A stretch of 63,161 nucleotides of DNA from sequence record DRR378314_1692. One strand, given 5' to 3'. Shown here in pieces: positions 59,615 through 63,161 of this stretch. Position 1 is the stretch's first letter. Every line of letters begins with the position of its first letter. A program made the position numbers and the translations under genes. The notes beneath the pieces were generated by a model, which searched no databases, was not told the DNA's origin, and worked only from the letters and a program-made list of their open reading frames with translations.

Positions 59615-60352
59615 TCAGCCCGTAAACGCGTCGGTCAGAACACTCAGTTCGCTGCCAAAGTCTGTCTGGGCATCGCTACCCAACAGCATGAAACCATAGC
59701 CATCATTCGCCCATGTCGCGGTTGCAAGGCCGCTTAGAACCGCAAGATTTACATCCTTCGCCGGGGCACCCGAACCCTGCCGGATCACACAAAACGCAAC
59801 GGGCGCGCCCTGCGCGTCGGCAAAGACGATCTGTATTAAAGGTTTGCCTTCGAACATAAGCACCTGAGCGCGTTTCAGATCAAGCCCGGGCAGGTTTTCC
59901 AGCACATCGCGGTTCAGGGATCGACCCAGCTGGGCCTCGGCCTGTGCAAACTGCGTGTCCAGCTTTTGCGGAGAATTGTCCAGATCGGCAATGGTATCAG
60001 GTGAATAAAGCGACTGATAGATCGCAGCCTGCTCTGCCCAGCCCAAAGCCTTTGGTCGTGTCGCCCAGAAGGTGGCGGAAACCGCGATGACAGCAACCGA
60101 AGCTGCGACGGCGAGCAAACGGAATGCTCCGGCATTGGACTGCGGAGCGGTCGGCGTGGGTAGGTCAATCGATGGGGCCTCAACCGGAATGCCCTCAAAA
60201 ACCTGCTGCACGACAGGGGCAAACGGGTCTAGCGCCATCAGGCGAGATTCAACAGCCGGATCATCGGCCACCGCCTCTTCGATGGCGCGAGCTTCGGCCT
60301 CATCGAGGTTTCCCTCCAGATAGGCCAGAAGTGTTTCGTCGGAGAACTTCAT
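59615..60352 (-). CDS. Membrane-anchored anti-sigma factor
   Basis: SDETLLAYLEGNL N-terminal anti-sigma domain, single TM, periplasmic domain. ATGA overlap with the sigma gene. Confidence 0.85.
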   Translation of the reverse strand: MKFSDETLLAYLEGNLDEAEARAIEEAVADDPAVESRLMALDPFAPVVQQVFEGIPVEAPSIDLPTPTAPQSNAGAFRLLAVAASVAVIAVSATFWATRPKALGWAEQAAIYQSLYSPDTIADLDNSPQKLDTQFAQAEAQLGRSLNRDVLENLPGLDLKRAQVLMFEGKPLIQIVFADAQGAPVAFCVIRQGSGAPAKDVNLAVLSGLATATWANDGYGFMLLGSDAQTDFGSELSVLTDAFTG

Positions 60353-60885
60353 TTGCCACCCCGTCGAACGCAGTCAGCCACATCGTGCTGCATAGCGGTT
60401 TTCAGTTTTTGCCGGGCATTGGACAACCGGCTCATGATTGTGCCGATAGGAACGTCCAGCATAGCCGCGGCTTCGCGGTAGCTATACCCTTCAACAAATA
60501 CAAGCATCACGGTCTCACGTTGCGCCTCTGGCAGTTGCATCACTTCTGTAAACACCTGAGTCGCGAAAATATTCGTTTCTGAATCGGTATTGTGCGCGAT
60601 CAGCTCCGCCTCGGGCGTGACCGACAACGCTTGTGCCTTGCGCACGGACCGCGCCCGTATCTCATTCAGCCAGATCGAACGGCAGATTGTCATCAGCCAA
60701 CTGTCCAACCGCTCAAAGGACGTGACCTGATGGTGCTTCTCCAATGCCCGCAAGGCCGTTGCCTGCAGCAAATCGTCCGCTACATCCGACGCGCCTGACA
60801 AAGCCAGCGCAAACCGCCAGACCCGTTTTGAATGGGTCTGGATCGCGCTGCGTACGGCTTGTTCAGTACTCATCTCAACACTCAT
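60349..60885 (-). CDS. ECF RNA polymerase sigma factor
   Basis: Region 2 (ADDLLQAT..RAL..SWL..I.RSIWLN) and region 4 (LPEAQRE..GYSYREAA..LDVPIGTIMSRL). Start is 60885 or 60873. Confidence 0.93.
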   Translation of the reverse strand: MSVEMSTEQAVRSAIQTHSKRVWRFALALSGASDVADDLLQATALRALEKHHQVTSFERLDSWLMTICRSIWLNEIRARSVRKAQALSVTPEAELIAHNTDSETNIFATQVFTEVMQLPEAQRETVMLVFVEGYSYREAAAMLDVPIGTIMSRLSNARQKLKTAMQHDVADCVRRGGK

Positions 60886-60886
60886 C

Positions 60887-60911
60887 GAATAAATCGTGAC
60901 CTGTGTGTGTT
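60887..60911 (+). promoter_or_regulatory. Candidate ECF-type promoter for yceI (GAAT-N18-GTT)
   Basis: GAATAAA at 60887 and GTT at 60909, about 60 nt upstream of the yceI start. The match to ECF promoter shape is judged by eye. Confidence 0.3.
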
Positions 60912-60971
60912 TGCTTTGACAGGGGGCCGGACCCGCTTGGTCTGAATTGACATAGAATCTGGAGGAAATAA

Positions 60972-61553
60972 ATGAAACTTCTATTCAAAGCATTCACGAT
61001 TGCGTCGGCATTTGTTGCAAGTCCGGTGTTGGCCGCAGATTGGACCTTGAACCCGGACACGTCTCATCTGGCCTATGGCACCGTCAAGATCGACGATGTG
61101 GGCGAGGTCAATTCCTTCACCAGTCTTTCGGGCCATGTCAGCGATGACGGCAAGGTCGAGATCGATATCGATCTGTCCTCGGTCGAGACGAATATCGACA
61201 TCCGAAACGAACGGATGATCGAATATGTGTTCCGCAAGGCGGCGACAGCGACTCTGACCGCCGAAATCGATATGGACGAGGTGTCCAAGCTGGAAGTGGG
61301 TGCAAGCACCACTATCGAAGTTGATGCTACGCTTTCTCTGGTTGGGACAGATGTGAACTTCTACACCGACATGTTCATTCTGCGCCTATCGGAAAGTTCG
61401 GTCATGGTTTCAACCAACGACATGGTCTTCATCAGCACCGAGGACGCAGACGTTTCAACGGGCGTCGACAAGTTGATGGAACTTGCGCAGCTTCCCAACA
61501 TCACCCGTACGGTGCCAGTGACAGCACGGCTGATGTTCACTCAGGACAGCTAA
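60972..61553 (+). CDS. YceI-family periplasmic lipid/polyisoprenoid-binding protein
   Basis: Signal peptide (VLA|ADW), W.L....S.L, IDLSSVETNIDIRNERM. GGAGG RBS. Confidence 0.88.
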   Translation: MKLLFKAFTIASAFVASPVLAADWTLNPDTSHLAYGTVKIDDVGEVNSFTSLSGHVSDDGKVEIDIDLSSVETNIDIRNERMIEYVFRKAATATLTAEIDMDEVSKLEVGASTTIEVDATLSLVGTDVNFYTDMFILRLSESSVMVSTNDMVFISTEDADVSTGVDKLMELAQLPNITRTVPVTARLMFTQDS

Positions 61554-61583
61554 ACCTGATGATGCAATATGGGTGCTATCGGA

Positions 61584-61605
61584 TTGGGGCCCAATTCGGT
61601 CCCAA
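61584..61605. terminator. Stem-loop between convergent yceI and racemase-family genes
   Basis: TTGGGGCC-caattc-GGTCCCAA. Confidence 0.5.
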
Positions 61606-61606
61606 C

Positions 61607-62629
61607 CTAAGCACCCCAAGTATCGCGCAACCGATAGCCACCCGGCCAAGGGTCGTCAGGGTCCAACATGTGCTGGTGAATGCCAGTGATCCACCCCCGC
61701 CCCGAGATCTCAGGTGTGATCGCCACGCGCCCGTTCAGATCATGCTGATCCACGATACGGCAGCGAAACTCACTATCGATGACCGAGCGCGCATGATAGC
61801 GGTCGGTCATCGCCATCTGCCCCTTGGCCAGCAAAACTGCCATTCGGGCTGAAGCCCCGGTGCCGCAGGGGGAACGGTCCAGCTTACCCGGTTTGATGGC
61901 GACGGTATTTCGACCTGTCAGTATATCGCCATGACGGTCAAGCGGGCCTGCGATCTGGCAGAATGAAATATGATACCAGTCCTTGGTGGGGTGATTGAAC
62001 CCAAGCTGTTCATTAGCGGCATCGGTGATGCGCGCGCCAATCCGTGCCAGATCAGCGCCTTCATCCGGGGTCAGTCCAAAGCCCAGATCGACCGCGTCAA
62101 CGATTACGAAACTGTCGCCACCAAACGCGGTATCCACCCGAAGGGTTCCGATCCCCTCGACTTCGATCCGGGCGTCTAGCTTATCGACGAAACTTGGCAC
62201 GTTTTGCACAAAGATACGTTCTGCCTTGCCGTTGCGGCATTCGGCGCGGACGCGGACCAGCCCTCCCGGAGCTTCCAATGTCAGATGGGTTTCAAGCTCG
62301 ACCATCGGAAGAATGCCACTGTCCAGCAAAACCGTCGAAACGCAGATTGAGTTGGAGCCGGACATCGGCGGCGTATCTTCCGGCTCCATGATGATGAAAG
62401 CCGCATCGGCCTCAGGGTTTTTGGGTGGCACCAGCAGATTCACATGACGAAAGACACCACCGCGAGGTTCATTCAACATAAAATCCCGTAATGTCTGGTC
62501 TTCGGCGATAAAGGTCCTCTGATCCCATAGGGTTTCCCCCGGCGGCGGGGCAACGCCCCCGACGATGACATCTCCCACCTCGCCCTCTGCATGGGCCGAG
62601 ATCACATGAATGGTTTTGGAACTGCGCAT
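61607..62629 (-). CDS. Proline racemase family protein (hydroxyproline dehydratase/epimerase-like, Ser/Cys active site)
   Basis: [38 protein letters not shown]. Confidence 0.9.
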   Translation of the reverse strand: MRSSKTIHVISAHAEGEVGDVIVGGVAPPPGETLWDQRTFIAEDQTLRDFMLNEPRGGVFRHVNLLVPPKNPEADAAFIIMEPEDTPPMSGSNSICVSTVLLDSGILPMVELETHLTLEAPGGLVRVRAECRNGKAERIFVQNVPSFVDKLDARIEVEGIGTLRVDTAFGGDSFVIVDAVDLGFGLTPDEGADLARIGARITDAANEQLGFNHPTKDWYHISFCQIAGPLDRHGDILTGRNTVAIKPGKLDRSPCGTGASARMAVLLAKGQMAMTDRYHARSVIDSEFRCRIVDQHDLNGRVAITPEISGRGWITGIHQHMLDPDDPWPGGYRLRDTWGA

Positions 62630-62689
62630 TGGGCCTCCTAGGAAACGGTCTAAGCGCAGTCATTCAAATCAGACGGCGACTGGCAAGAC

Positions 62690-63160
62690 CTAACGCAGCC
62701 GCAGACCTGTTTCGGGATCGAATAACATCGCCCGCTCGGGGCGGACAGATATCCCGATACGCTCGCCAGTTGTGCTGCGCTGGTCGTCCCGCTCTTCCAC
62801 AATCAGCTTATCGCCATTGGGTGTCAGCAGATATGAATAGGACACGCCACCAAGCGCTTCGGTCAGATCGACCGTGCAGGTATCACCGTTTCGATCCACA
62901 TGAACATGCTCGGGGCGAATGCCCAGCGTCACCTTCGTGGCACCACTGGGCACACTTTCGGTCACAGGAATGGAATCGGTCAGCGCGGGATGTCGCACCA
63001 TGCCGTCCACGATATCGCAGTCCAGGAAGTTCATGGCAGGGGAGCCGATGAAACCAGCCACGAACTTATTGTCAGGGTTACGATACAGGTCCATGGGCGC
63101 ACCCACCTGTTCGATCCGACCGTCGCGCAAAACCACGATCTTGTCGGCCATGGTCATCGC
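62690..63160 (-). CDS. Carbohydrate ABC transporter ATP-binding protein (MalK/UgpC-like), 5'-truncated by the window edge
   Basis: AMTMADKIVVL.DGRIEQVG.P..LY..P.N.FVAGFIGSPAMN, GIRPEH, TOBE-like tail. Confidence 0.92.
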   Translation of the reverse strand, partial: AMTMADKIVVLRDGRIEQVGAPMDLYRNPDNKFVAGFIGSPAMNFLDCDIVDGMVRHPALTDSIPVTESVPSGATKVTLGIRPEHVHVDRNGDTCTVDLTEALGGVSYSYLLTPNGDKLIVEERDDQRSTTGERIGISVRPERAMLFDPETGLRLR

Positions 63161-63161
63161 C

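Overview
A gene-dense 63 kb alphaproteobacterial window. Gene content and codon style suggest the Roseobacter group (Ruegeria-like) and possibly a chromid or plasmid; both are inferences. No rRNA, tRNA, CRISPR array, transposase or integrase was recognised. From left to right it contains: the end of a peptide/nickel-type ABC operon; a creatininase-family gene with a PheC-like solute-binding protein and its polar amino-acid ABC transporter; an AT-richer nucleotide-sugar block (UDP-uronate epimerase, wbpE, wbpB, GT4, wbpA); two type I secretion systems (PrtD/E-like, and SapC-TolC-LapB/C-like) flanking two divergent RTX cargo genes; a hybrid kinase/OmpR pair; aspT-aspD; an Mla/MCE operon; an FMN glutamate-synthase-like gene; a tandem fluc pair; a cyoABCD quinol oxidase; a lytic transglycosylase; an opp operon; galU-manC; a DUF2793 tail-fibre-like gene; fcl-gmd; a RHE_PE00001-like HTH gene; ECF sigma/anti-sigma with yceI; a proline-racemase-family gene; and a truncated sugar ABC ATPase. 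The best candidate for an undescribed system lies at 16391-22506. One RTX cargo (beta-propeller) ends in an X-module plus dockerin-like domain. The divergent RTX cargo (8 Ig-like repeats) carries a cohesin-like domain just before its RTX tail. This suggests a T1SS-exported, cellulosome-style cohesin-dockerin adhesin assembly. All domain calls are by-eye motif recognition and need HMM and structure confirmation.
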